64,000 bases of DNA from a virus: positions 1 to 64,000 of the IMG/VR virus record IMGVR_UViG_3300047560_000604; one strand, written 5' to 3'. The translations under genes were made by a program, and so were the position numbers. This document shows positions 47,883-56,679 of this stretch, one piece after another (position 1 is the first letter of the stretch; each line of letters opens with the position of its first letter). The notes below the pieces were generated by a model. That model saw nothing but the letters and a program-made list of their open reading frames with translations, had not been told where the DNA came from and searched no databases.

Positions 47883-48221
47883 ATGGCACAGCCAATCATC
47901 ATGCCAATAATTAGACAGGTGACACCCACTTTACTAGCTAATAGTATCTTAGGTGTACAACCCATGACGGGCCCGGTGGGTGAAATCTTTACTATGAAGG
48001 CTAACTACGCTCCGCTCAAATATAAATTTAGCCGTGCTAAATGGTACTATGCAGACCATCGTTATGAAGATTATGATGCTATCATAGCATGGTGTACTGA
48101 ACAGTTTGGTCCGCGACCCAAACGCCCTGATGCATGGACACGATGGGTTGATGAACACATTGACCGTATTAAATTCCGTGACGAAAAAGATTATGCTTGG
48201 TTTGTGTTGAGATGGTCATGA
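47883..48221 (+). CDS. LRW-array protein with N-terminal gp23 (Gol-region)-like peptide
   Basis: IIMPIIRQVTPTLLANSILGVQPMTGPVGEIFTMKANY; ends FRDEKDYAWFVLRWS. Confidence 0.8.
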   Translation: MAQPIIMPIIRQVTPTLLANSILGVQPMTGPVGEIFTMKANYAPLKYKFSRAKWYYADHRYEDYDAIIAWCTEQFGPRPKRPDAWTRWVDEHIDRIKFRDEKDYAWFVLRWS

Positions 48222-48496
48222 CAGATACAGTCAAACTAGAGTGGACAGATATTTGTCGCCACGAGCATAGGTGTGAGAGCGGGAAAATGTTCCATCACAC
48301 TGTGCCCAGCTATAGTGTATACGTTCAAGCATACCAATGGTTGCGGGTAGAGCGTGGGTATAAGTTTATATGTGCTGCAGCCGAGATATCAGAGGAAGAA
48401 TACCCGGAAAGGGGTGGTAAAATTCACACCGGCAGATTCATATTCAAGTTCTTATGTGAGCAAGAGTATATGTGGTTTAAGTTGAGGTGGAGTTAA
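48218..48496 (+). CDS. LRW-array protein
   Basis: Ends FLCEQEYMWFKLRWS. Confidence 0.8.
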   Translation: MTDTVKLEWTDICRHEHRCESGKMFHHTVPSYSVYVQAYQWLRVERGYKFICAAAEISEEEYPERGGKIHTGRFIFKFLCEQEYMWFKLRWS

Positions 48497-48774
48497 TGGA
48501 ATATTTTTACGGTGGCGGCGGCAACAATCGCCCTGTCTTTTTATACAGATTTAAAGTCAACCCTTGTACTACTGAAATGTATAAGTGGGCACAAGCATAT
48601 CCTGAGAAAGGTCCCTTCAGTCGGTTTCATGTTGAATGGCGAGGGGCTTATAGCAAAATGGATAGACCCTTAGAATATGATGTAATTCAGTTTGAACATA
48701 GTGAAGCCGCTAAAGTATTCAGAATCGCATTTGCGGGTGAGTATGAAGAAACCACTTTCAAAGAATACAGATGA
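48496..48774 (+). CDS. LRW-array protein (divergent)
   Basis: FEHSEAAKVFRIAF. Confidence 0.7.
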   Translation: MEYFYGGGGNNRPVFLYRFKVNPCTTEMYKWAQAYPEKGPFSRFHVEWRGAYSKMDRPLEYDVIQFEHSEAAKVFRIAFAGEYEETTFKEYR

Positions 48775-49001
48775 ACAAGTACGATTACTGGAGATTGTTA
48801 AGAATTCTTAAAACAGAATATGATAAACAGTATACTGGTTACTATGAACCGACATATACTGGTTTCACAGATTCGTTTGACAAGTACATACAAGAACAGT
48901 ACGGAATAAAAATGTGGATTCATAATGACGGTAATATTGATGGTACTTTTGAAATTCTAGACGAAGGTAAGTATGCATGGTGCCTACTTAAACATAAATG
49001 A
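48771..49001 (+). CDS. LRW-array protein
   Basis: Ends LDEGKYAWCLLKHK. Confidence 0.75.
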   Translation: MNKYDYWRLLRILKTEYDKQYTGYYEPTYTGFTDSFDKYIQEQYGIKMWIHNDGNIDGTFEILDEGKYAWCLLKHK

Positions 49002-49438
49002 AAATACTTAGACGAATCAAAGCCTACGTTAGACTCAAAAAGAGCAGAAATTTTCTAAAGAAACATAAGTGTTTATCTTATAAACAATACAAGCTCCAGT
49101 ATGACGATGATATAATTAAGTACGCTACTTTGGTTAGCCACTTCTATCACGGTTACCCATATACATGTTACTTTGAGAAAGTACCCGACGGTGAGTTGTT
49201 GATGCCTTGGTTAGAGAAAATGGACGATTGGTGTCATACTAATTGTTCGGGTAAAGTCAGACATGATATCCATAGAGTTATTCGGGAAAAGGGCTTGATT
49301 CACAATCAATATGATGATACAATGATATGGAGTGATATAGAAGATTTTTCCATGAATGATATCGGTGGACATGACTTGTTATTCTATGCGTTTAAAAGTG
49401 AAAAGGATTATGCGTGGTTCAAACTAAGATGGCAGTAA
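48998..49438 (+). CDS. LRW-array protein
   Basis: Ends FKSEKDYAWFKLRWQ. Confidence 0.8.
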   Translation: MKILRRIKAYVRLKKSRNFLKKHKCLSYKQYKLQYDDDIIKYATLVSHFYHGYPYTCYFEKVPDGELLMPWLEKMDDWCHTNCSGKVRHDIHRVIREKGLIHNQYDDTMIWSDIEDFSMNDIGGHDLLFYAFKSEKDYAWFKLRWQ

Positions 49439-49692
49439 AAACCAAAGAAGAAGAAATGATGGATATCTTGGCTGAAGAAATTCGCAAAGAAATTGATGAG
49501 GGTATCATATCAAATATATTAGTTGAGACTGGATGGACACCTGTACAGTTTTATTTTAAGAACGGTGAGCAAGCAGTTGATGTACAGATTTGGTTAGCCG
49601 GAACATGTACTGATGACTATCGTAGATTGGGCAGTGACTACTTGTTTAAAAGTAAGCAAGATGCTGAATGGTTTATTCTACGATGGCTATGA
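49429..49692 (+). CDS. LRW-array protein with N-terminal gp23-like helix
   Basis: EEEMMDILAEEIRKEIDEGIISNIL; ends FKSKQDAEWFILRWL. Confidence 0.8.
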   Translation: MAVKTKEEEMMDILAEEIRKEIDEGIISNILVETGWTPVQFYFKNGEQAVDVQIWLAGTCTDDYRRLGSDYLFKSKQDAEWFILRWL

Positions 49693-49946
49693 CATTCAAA
49701 ATTGATGAGGGCAGAGTGTATGGAGCACGATACTATACCGCAAAACCTCATTGTGATGATTGGGATGAAGCAGTCCCATGGTACATACTACAAGACTGGG
49801 TAGAAGAAATGTTCGGAGAAAGTAAGGGTTCTATATGGTTTGATAAGGGAATACCTCAACCAGGTGAAAGATGGTATGTGAACAATGCGAAATTTTGGTT
49901 TCGCAACAAAGAAGATTTAGAATGGTTTTTATTAAGATGGCAATGA
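49689..49946 (+). CDS. LRW-array protein
   Basis: Ends FRNKEDLEWFLLRWQ. Confidence 0.8.
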   Translation: MTFKIDEGRVYGARYYTAKPHCDDWDEAVPWYILQDWVEEMFGESKGSIWFDKGIPQPGERWYVNNAKFWFRNKEDLEWFLLRWQ

Positions 49947-50188
49947 AAATAGAAGCAACAAAAGAGTTAGTCCAAATGATTGAACGTTCCGCACGTGAGT
50001 GGAAGAGGATCAAACCAATCCTAGAAGAAAAACATCGTCATTATGATACCTACGCTGAAGATATGTTCGGGATCAATGTCGATTTTGGTGTGTTTGATAA
50101 CAAGGTAGCTATCATTGGTGCCCAAATAATAGATGATGAAAAGTACGTCAACTTTCTATTAAGGTACGGAGACATGCCAAATGAGTAA
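49943..50188 (+). CDS. LRW-array protein
   Basis: IDDEKYVNFLLRYG. Confidence 0.75.
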   Translation: MKIEATKELVQMIERSAREWKRIKPILEEKHRHYDTYAEDMFGINVDFGVFDNKVAIIGAQIIDDEKYVNFLLRYGDMPNE

Positions 50189-50465
50189 TATGCACAAAGC
50201 AGTAAAAGAAATTAAAGAATTAGGCTCCTTCAGATATTGGGATGAACACTACTACGGCAGTAAACGAACTATTACTACTATTACTTGGAAAGGCAGGGGC
50301 GAAGTTGACTCTGATGAAATACAAGATTGGTGTTTAACCTCATTTGGTAAGAGCGGCTATCAAGAAGAAATCGAAGATAGTCTTTGGGTTGATAATTGTC
50401 AGTACGGTGAGCTTATGTTATGTAGACCCGAACTACTCACAGCGTTTTTATTAAGATGGACATGA
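50181..50465 (+). CDS. LRW-array protein
   Basis: Ends CRPELLTAFLLRWT. Confidence 0.75.
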   Translation: MSNMHKAVKEIKELGSFRYWDEHYYGSKRTITTITWKGRGEVDSDEIQDWCLTSFGKSGYQEEIEDSLWVDNCQYGELMLCRPELLTAFLLRWT

Positions 50466-50728
50466 AATTTGACATAAACAGAAGCATAGGCTGGAACATA
50501 GATAGAAGAATTGTGAAGCGTACTGACATTATCACAGACGGCGCAGATTGCTATCCATGGACTGAAACGTTTGTCATTTGGCCCAGACGAAGTATTTCGG
50601 GTGCTCCGTTGTTCTGGACTAAAGCATACAAGCGTAGAGTTTGGGTAGTATGGGGTACGGGGTTTCATATGGAACCAGAAGTTCAATATGCTACAGCATT
50701 TGATTTGTTGACACATGGTAACGATTAA
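50462..50728 (+). CDS. Trp-rich small hypothetical protein
   Basis: ATGA coupled. Confidence 0.7.
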   Translation: MKFDINRSIGWNIDRRIVKRTDIITDGADCYPWTETFVIWPRRSISGAPLFWTKAYKRRVWVVWGTGFHMEPEVQYATAFDLLTHGND

Positions 50729-50966
50729 ACTTAAACGAGGGCTAGAGCCACAAGCAGAACAATGGCTTGCTAAGAATGTGGGGCCAAGAATGCACTACCT
50801 CCATAATTCAATCGGTGGAGAAGGCTGGATCGCTAAGAAAGGTACCGAACCATTTGAGTATACCGATCAACAAGGTAATACGAGACAAATGACTGTTATA
50901 GTATGGAACCTCACATTCCAAGAAGATAAGTATGCTACTTGGTTTAGGATAATGTTTCCAGAATGA
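50715..50966 (+). CDS. LRW-array protein (divergent)
   Basis: FQEDKYATWFRIMF. Confidence 0.7.
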   Translation: MVTIKLKRGLEPQAEQWLAKNVGPRMHYLHNSIGGEGWIAKKGTEPFEYTDQQGNTRQMTVIVWNLTFQEDKYATWFRIMFPE

Positions 50967-51181
50967 TAGAGGTTAAACTCATAGATTTGATGCCCAATGA
51001 GATTATGGACATCGTAAAAGAACTAAGAAAGAACGGGTGTGTACAGGGTTTGGACTTTGATTTTGAGTATCATAAGCCCAAATATGATGACTTCGGCCAT
51101 GAACCAGTGTATAATAGACATACAATATTCAAGTTTTACAAAGAAGAATTAGCGACTTGGTTCGCATTGAGGTATCAATAG
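50963..51181 (+). CDS. LRW-array protein
   Basis: Ends FYKEELATWFALRYQ (TAG stop). Confidence 0.8.
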   Translation: MIEVKLIDLMPNEIMDIVKELRKNGCVQGLDFDFEYHKPKYDDFGHEPVYNRHTIFKFYKEELATWFALRYQ

Positions 51182-51465
51182 TGGCAATATCAGGTATAGG
51201 TAATAGCACAGGCACATTCATGCCCTACACAGGGACTCGTCCGCCTGAGGATCAAAGTAAATATGAAATTCATCACATGGGTAAAATCTTTCATCAGATT
51301 GATTTGAAATTTAGTAAAATTGATCCAGTAGACTATATTAAATGGTGCCGTAGAAATCTAGGTGATCGCGGTTCTACATGGGAGTTCTGGATGGCAGGTG
51401 GAATGTTGTATATTGAAGTCTGGGGCGAGAAGGCAAAGTTTACTTATGAAATGTGGAAGAACTAA
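51181..51465 (+). CDS. LRW-array protein (divergent)
   Basis: GTG start overlapping TAG; WGEKAKFTYEMWKN. Confidence 0.65.
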   Translation: MAISGIGNSTGTFMPYTGTRPPEDQSKYEIHHMGKIFHQIDLKFSKIDPVDYIKWCRRNLGDRGSTWEFWMAGGMLYIEVWGEKAKFTYEMWKN

Positions 51466-51758
51466 TGAGTGAGCTAGTAGCAATCAATGGAATTGTACAA
51501 GCACGTAGCCAATACATGGTATCCGGGGATAACATCGTGTTTCACATCGCACCGCCGTGCGGCTCAAGAATCTGTATTCTGTCAGAAGATGGTAGGTCTG
51601 ACTATGAAGGCACCGGCGACACGTATGTGTACCCAGGGGCTTCTAATGAAAGAACAAAATACAAACAGTTTATGGAAGATGTTTATGACAAACGTTATAA
51701 CCCAACAGTCAAAGACGCATTAGAGAAATTAAAAGTAGTAATGGAATTAGTACGATGA
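51465..51758 (+). CDS. Small hypothetical protein
   Basis: TAATG coupling. Confidence 0.7.
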   Translation: MSELVAINGIVQARSQYMVSGDNIVFHIAPPCGSRICILSEDGRSDYEGTGDTYVYPGASNERTKYKQFMEDVYDKRYNPTVKDALEKLKVVMELVR

Positions 51759-51955
51759 GTGCCGAGAATACATGGCGTGTAGTTGCAGGACTTAAACCCA
51801 TCCAATCATTTCGTTGCCGCTTTGGTTGGCATCGCTGGACTAGTTATGAAGTTGTAGAGCGACATGAATTCTCCATGCCATACGCCAAGTGTCATTGTGC
51901 AGACTGTGGATTACCTAGAATAGAACAACCCTACTCAAGCAAGAAAGAAAAGTAA
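51755..51955 (+). CDS. Small Cys/His zinc-finger-like protein
   Basis: CRFGWHRW..C.C..C; paralog of 40391. Confidence 0.7.
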   Translation: MSAENTWRVVAGLKPIQSFRCRFGWHRWTSYEVVERHEFSMPYAKCHCADCGLPRIEQPYSSKKEK

Positions 51956-52200
51956 TGGCTAATGCTTCACGCACTTGGCAAGAAAATCTAAAACAGTGGC
52001 AAAATTCAGATTTACCGGGTCTTTCAAATAGTCTCAATGAAATTGATATGCTCGTATTAGTACATGGTAAGATGCAAGAGTTATACCCGGGCAATTATTC
52101 ACTTGATTGGAAGTTTGATTCAGTAACCGGGGCTTTCAAGTTGTATCCGAAATTTAACACACCAGAAGACGAGACTTGGTTCATATTAAAATATAGTTAA
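51955..52200 (+). CDS. LRW-array protein
   Basis: Ends FNTPEDETWFILKYS. Confidence 0.75.
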   Translation: MANASRTWQENLKQWQNSDLPGLSNSLNEIDMLVLVHGKMQELYPGNYSLDWKFDSVTGAFKLYPKFNTPEDETWFILKYS

Positions 52201-52257
52201 GGAAACAAACGACATTATGATTGACGAATGATAAATACTTTATCAGGAGTTAAAACA

Positions 52258-52875
52258 ATGGATTACAGGAAACTTTGGGAATCGCACAACGGACCTATAC
52301 CAAAAGATAAAGATGGTAGAAGTTATGAAATACATCACATTGATGGTAACCATCAAAATAATGTCATTGAAAATTTGAAATTAGTAACTATTCAAGAACA
52401 CTATGATGTACATTATTCGCAAGGTGACTACGGGGCATGTCTGGCTATCATTATGAGAATGAATGTTCCGGTTGAGGTGTCAAAGAAATTACAAAGCAAA
52501 CTAAGTAAAGCAGTTGCCGCAAAACGCATTGCCGAAGGCACCCATAACTTTTCATCCGAACTTAGTAAGCGAGTTCAGAAAGAAAGATTAGATAATGGAA
52601 CACACAACTTTCAAGGTGAACAAGGTAGCCTTAATGCTGTACAACGCAATAATAAACTAGTAGAATTAGGAAAGCATCCGTGGGCAGGTGAGTTAGGAAA
52701 GATTCATAATAAGAAAGTAGCTACTGAAAGAATTGCTAATGGTACGCATAACTTTCAAGGAGAGATGAACCCTAATAAAAACATGCCTAAGGTAACATGC
52801 CCACATTGTGGTAAAGTAGGTGGTCGTAATTCAATGAAACGATACCATTTTGATAATTGTAAGAATAAGGAATAA
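52258..52875 (+). CDS. HNH homing endonuclease with GTHNF repeats and C-terminal Zn ribbon
   Basis: YEIHHIDGNHQNN..ENL..VT..EH; R(I/L)xxGTHNF three times; CPHCGK..HFDNC; AGGAG SD. Confidence 0.88.
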   Translation: MDYRKLWESHNGPIPKDKDGRSYEIHHIDGNHQNNVIENLKLVTIQEHYDVHYSQGDYGACLAIIMRMNVPVEVSKKLQSKLSKAVAAKRIAEGTHNFSSELSKRVQKERLDNGTHNFQGEQGSLNAVQRNNKLVELGKHPWAGELGKIHNKKVATERIANGTHNFQGEMNPNKNMPKVTCPHCGKVGGRNSMKRYHFDNCKNKE

Positions 52876-52877
52876 GT

Positions 52878-53438
52878 ATGGCGGCGGACATTATGATAGA
52901 TATTGAGAGTTTAGACACAACACCTGATTGTGCTATTCTTACGATTGGTGCAGTAAGATTTGATCCTAAGGGTTCAGGTGTTGTTGAAAAACTTGAACTT
53001 AGACCTACATTAGAAGACCAAACAGAAAAATATAATAGGAGAATTAGTGATGATACACTTCGTTGGTGGTCCGAGCAGTCCCCAGAAGCCCTCGAGGAAG
53101 CGATGGGCGACAGAGGCCGTGTCCCGTTTGCTGAATGCATGGAGACGCTATATAAGTTTTGTTGGAATCGCCGTGCTGTTTGGAGTAACGGTGCTCCATT
53201 CGACTTGGTCGTTATGGAGCACGCCTGGCGACAAACAAGTGATAAACCAAATCCTATCCCTTGGCCGTTCTGGACAATGAGAGATACTAGAACTCTCTTT
53301 GAAATAGCAGGTGTTAAACTAAGTGATGGCGGCCATTCTACGAGTCACAAGGCTGTGGAAGATGCTGAACGACAAGCCATTGTCGTACAAAAAGCATATA
53401 TGAAACTAATCAAAGCAGAATTGGTAGCACCACGATGA
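52878..53438 (+). CDS. DEDDh 3'-5' exonuclease
   Basis: IMIDIESL, WSNG..FD, RDTRT, HKAVEDA. Confidence 0.88.
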   Translation: MAADIMIDIESLDTTPDCAILTIGAVRFDPKGSGVVEKLELRPTLEDQTEKYNRRISDDTLRWWSEQSPEALEEAMGDRGRVPFAECMETLYKFCWNRRAVWSNGAPFDLVVMEHAWRQTSDKPNPIPWPFWTMRDTRTLFEIAGVKLSDGGHSTSHKAVEDAERQAIVVQKAYMKLIKAELVAPR

Positions 53439-53857
53439 GTATTTTTTCTGATCTGTTTCACACACAGGAGAACGATATCATGCACACAAAGATGTGTAGC
53501 ATGTGCAATCGAACTTTGCCCGCGAACGGTGCTCATTTTGCAAAAGAAGGTAGCAAGGGATATTTGCGATATGAGTGCAGGGATTGTGCTAAGAAACACA
53601 GCAAACTATTAGCAAAGATTAAAAAGTCAGCACCTAAAGTTGCAGTTGACCACAAATGTCCTGTGTGTTTAAGAGGTGCAGCCGATCTCAAAACTTATGG
53701 AAAAAACAAAAAATCAGTTTGGGTCGCTGACCATGACCATGCTACTGAAAAGTTTCGAGGGTGGCTGTGTCACAAGTGTAACTTAGGTCTAGGTAATTTA
53801 GGTGATGATGCAGAACGATGTATTAGAGCCGCGGAGTATTTAAAAAATGAAGTTTAA
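53435..53857 (+). CDS. Recombination endonuclease VII-like protein
   Basis: CPVC..VADHDH.T.KFRGWLCHKCN.GLG..D. Confidence 0.85.
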   Translation: MSIFSDLFHTQENDIMHTKMCSMCNRTLPANGAHFAKEGSKGYLRYECRDCAKKHSKLLAKIKKSAPKVAVDHKCPVCLRGAADLKTYGKNKKSVWVADHDHATEKFRGWLCHKCNLGLGNLGDDAERCIRAAEYLKNEV

Positions 53858-54443
53858 TTCAGATATTGATATTGACTTTGGTAACAGAGAAAATATACTA
53901 CAGCATATCAAGCATACGCCGGCGGCGATGCGTAATGTAACTCCCATACGAAAACATGCTACTGGAGTATATGTAACTGATGTTCCATATGATGCTGTAA
54001 ATGATATGGCTAATATTGATTACACTGTAGCAGAAGATAGAGGGTATGTTAAGCTAGACTTTTTGAACGTACACATTTATGAGCATGTTCGTGATGAGGA
54101 TCACTTAAAAAGTCTAATGAAAGAACCTGATTGGGCTAAGTTGAAAGACAAAGATTTTGTTGAAAAGTTAATTCACTTGTCTAATCATTACAACAGCCTT
54201 CAGCGTATGCCTGAGCCGGTAGATAGTATTCCTCGTCTTGCTATGTTTCTTGCGATAATCCGCCCAGCGAAGAAACACCTCATTGGTCTCCCATGGAAGA
54301 AAGTCTCTGAATCTGTGTGGGAAAAAGAATCTGATGGTTATCATTTCAAGAAAAGTCATAGTGTCGCCTACGCAAATCTTGTTGTTGTTCATATGAATCT
54401 GTTGAAAGAGGGTCTAGGGCATACGCTTGACGAGAGTAATTGA
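53847..54443 (+). CDS. Minimal DNA polymerase III alpha (DnaE)-like catalytic core, 198 aa
   Basis: SDIDIDF, KHATGVYV, VKLDFLN, RLAMFLAIIRP, YHFKKSHSVAY. Confidence 0.75.
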   Translation: MKFNSDIDIDFGNRENILQHIKHTPAAMRNVTPIRKHATGVYVTDVPYDAVNDMANIDYTVAEDRGYVKLDFLNVHIYEHVRDEDHLKSLMKEPDWAKLKDKDFVEKLIHLSNHYNSLQRMPEPVDSIPRLAMFLAIIRPAKKHLIGLPWKKVSESVWEKESDGYHFKKSHSVAYANLVVVHMNLLKEGLGHTLDESN

Positions 54444-54794
54444 TTTGCGTTTACTCTTACGCTTATTGAGTTCTAACATAGAGCATATGGGCCCATGCAT
54501 GATTGTTAGACTCTTGTTATTGAATGTTCTAAGATAGGGTTTGAACACTACCCAATCTTCTTTTAAGAACATATTGATGGGAACTAAGCGATTTGATTCC
54601 CACCACCACGTGTCTCCCAATTCTAGGAACTTTTCTCTAAGTTCAGGGTGTTGGATTGACCCGTAGTCGTATATAGTGGTGACAATATCATCCCTGTTCT
54701 GCACGATTCCCACATAGTCTTGACCAGCATAGGAGCATACAGTAATAAAGGGATGATTCTCGGTCAATTTTTTGAAGAATTCGTTGTGAAACAT
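54414..54794 (-). CDS. Hypothetical protein
   Basis: GTG start after minus-strand TAAATA (54813-54818); convergent overlap. Confidence 0.75.
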   Translation of the reverse strand: MFHNEFFKKLTENHPFITVCSYAGQDYVGIVQNRDDIVTTIYDYGSIQHPELREKFLELGDTWWWESNRLVPINMFLKEDWVVFKPYLRTFNNKSLTIMHGPICSMLELNKRKSKRKSITLVKRMP

Positions 54795-54875
54795 TATAAT
54801 ATATTACGGATATATTTATCATTGGGCAAAACCCAATATATTATTTGTCATAAATAGATTATAAGGAGCCAATCT

Positions 54876-55667
54876 GTGTACTCAACAAACGTTTATCTAA
54901 TAACTGGAAGAAACTATCTTCTAACTCAAAAGCATACGGTTGTGGTTTACAGTGGGAACTCGACCAGGAGGTATAGTCTAGTGTACGCAAAGAATCTAAA
55001 ATTACATAAGGGCGTTGAAAATCGCATTCAATTCCAATTTTTAAACCAGGAACAGAAACCAGTGGATATCACTGGAAAGACCTTTACTTTTAGACTTATC
55101 AGCTACGACGGCACAGAAGTATTGTTACAAGTTCCGTTAGTTACAACACTAGCATTGACTGGTATTGCAGAGTTGAGAACTAAAGCAGGTCAGTTGGAAG
55201 GAATCGATCCTCAGAACGCATCTTATAGTTTGGAAGTTATTGACCCAGATGGTGATGCATCCGAGTATACCGGGCATCCTCATTATCCTGTGTTCACTAA
55301 TAGTGATGCAGGTGGTCGTGGTTTATGTCAAGTAGTATCAAGTATCATGCCAGACTTTGTTTCGGCAACTAACGTTACCATTCCTAGTCATTCTATTCCA
55401 AACTCAAATACGGTTACTTATACCAGCAGTGTACTAACATCAAATGATACGGGTGTGACTACTATACAAACATTCTATGACAACTATAGCGGTACTGCTA
55501 CTATTCAAGGGTCAACGTTGAATGATACAGATTGGTATGATATTAGCACATCAACATATCTGGAAACCACCGCAAGTGATGGATACACTGTCACTGGGTT
55601 TCACCCATATCTGAGACTAAGTTTCACTAGTACTCAGGGCAATGTCACTCAAATTTTAGCCAGATAA
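54876..55667 (+). CDS. Virion structural protein (BppU-like N-terminus)
   Basis: Late promoter at 54851; AAGGAG; L.KGVENRIQFQFLNQEQKPVDITG. Confidence 0.65.
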   Translation: MYSTNVYLITGRNYLLTQKHTVVVYSGNSTRRYSLVYAKNLKLHKGVENRIQFQFLNQEQKPVDITGKTFTFRLISYDGTEVLLQVPLVTTLALTGIAELRTKAGQLEGIDPQNASYSLEVIDPDGDASEYTGHPHYPVFTNSDAGGRGLCQVVSSIMPDFVSATNVTIPSHSIPNSNTVTYTSSVLTSNDTGVTTIQTFYDNYSGTATIQGSTLNDTDWYDISTSTYLETTASDGYTVTGFHPYLRLSFTSTQGNVTQILAR

Positions 55668-55669
55668 GA

Positions 55670-55698
55670 TTGCATCAACATATATACTATGTTACAAT
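55670..55698 (+). promoter_or_regulatory. sigma70-like promoter; ATG 6 nt after the -10
   Basis: TTGCAT-17-TACAAT-6-ATG(55705). Confidence 0.65.
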
Positions 55699-55704
55699 AG
55701 TATT

Positions 55705-56679
55705 ATGTTTGATATCCTTTCGTTAATTCCCGGTAAGAAAAAGAGCACAAGTAGTGGTTGGACTAGTTTCAATGCTATTTGCTGCGGGCACCGCGGTCAT
55801 AAAGCTGACCGGCGCGGTAGAGGTGGTATTAAATTTGATGGCCAAGCAAACTGGGTCATGCACTGCTTTAATTGCAGTTTCAGTTGTAGCTTTACATTGG
55901 GCAAGACTATTGCCCCTAAAACTCGACAATTCTTAACATGGTGTGGCGTTGATACTGAACAAGTACAACGATGGAGTTTAGAAAGTTTACAGCACAAAGA
56001 TTTCTTGGATTTCACTATCCAACAAAAACGATTAACACAAATCAAGTTCAAGACTAAGAAACTGCCTTTGGGTGAACCACTTGACAGTTCTAATCCAAGA
56101 CACAAATTCTACGTAGATTATCTGAACAAGCGCAAGATAAATTATAATACATATTCTTTCTATGTGAATCCAGATGGAAAGAGTAGAAATCAGTTCGGTA
56201 TAATCGTACCATACACTTACAAGGCAAAACTTGTAGGCAGCACTATTCGCTTCATTGACAATAAAATCCCCAAGTTCATTAATGACCAACAACCGGGATA
56301 TGTATTCAATGTTGACGCACAAAAATCTGAATCGACTGTTTGTATTGTTACTGAAGGTATCTTTGACGCCCTGGCTATTGATGGGGTAGCATTGATGCAC
56401 GATGATATCAGCAATGAGCAAGCAATGCTACTAGCACAAATGAATAAGAGAATAATCGTAGTGCCCGACTTTGATGCAACGGGTTTGAAGATATGTGATA
56501 GAGCCCTTGAATTAGGATACAGTGTAAGTTTACCCCCATGGGATGTAGGGATAAAGGATGTTAATGACGCAGTGGTTAAGTACGGAAAACTACCTACTCT
56601 GTTGAGCATTTTAGAGAATGCTACGATGAGCAAAATTAAAATAGAATTAAGGAAGAAACAAATTGCTAAAGGAATATAA
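55705..56679 (+). CDS. gp61: DNA primase (gp61-like)
   Basis: Zn finger C..C..RG..HCFNC; IVTEGIFDA; PD.D..G; KDVNDA. Confidence 0.88.
   Translation: MFDILSLIPGKKKSTSSGWTSFNAICCGHRGHKADRRGRGGIKFDGQANWVMHCFNCSFSCSFTLGKTIAPKTRQFLTWCGVDTEQVQRWSLESLQHKDFLDFTIQQKRLTQIKFKTKKLPLGEPLDSSNPRHKFYVDYLNKRKINYNTYSFYVNPDGKSRNQFGIIVPYTYKAKLVGSTIRFIDNKIPKFINDQQPGYVFNVDAQKSESTVCIVTEGIFDALAIDGVALMHDDISNEQAMLLAQMNKRIIVVPDFDATGLKICDRALELGYSVSLPPWDVGIKDVNDAVVKYGKLPTLLSILENATMSKIKIELRKKQIAKGI

Noticed and set aside
44967-52200. Diversity-generating retroelement or invertase shufflon behind the LRW array
   Set aside because: No reverse transcriptase, no template/variable repeat pair with A-specific mismatches, no recombinase or inverted cassettes in the window
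54168-54416. Amber read-through of 54414-54794(-) into ORF 54168-54392(-)
   Set aside because: The extension is antisense to the DnaE-like gene with no recognisable features; the TAG looks like a normal convergent stop
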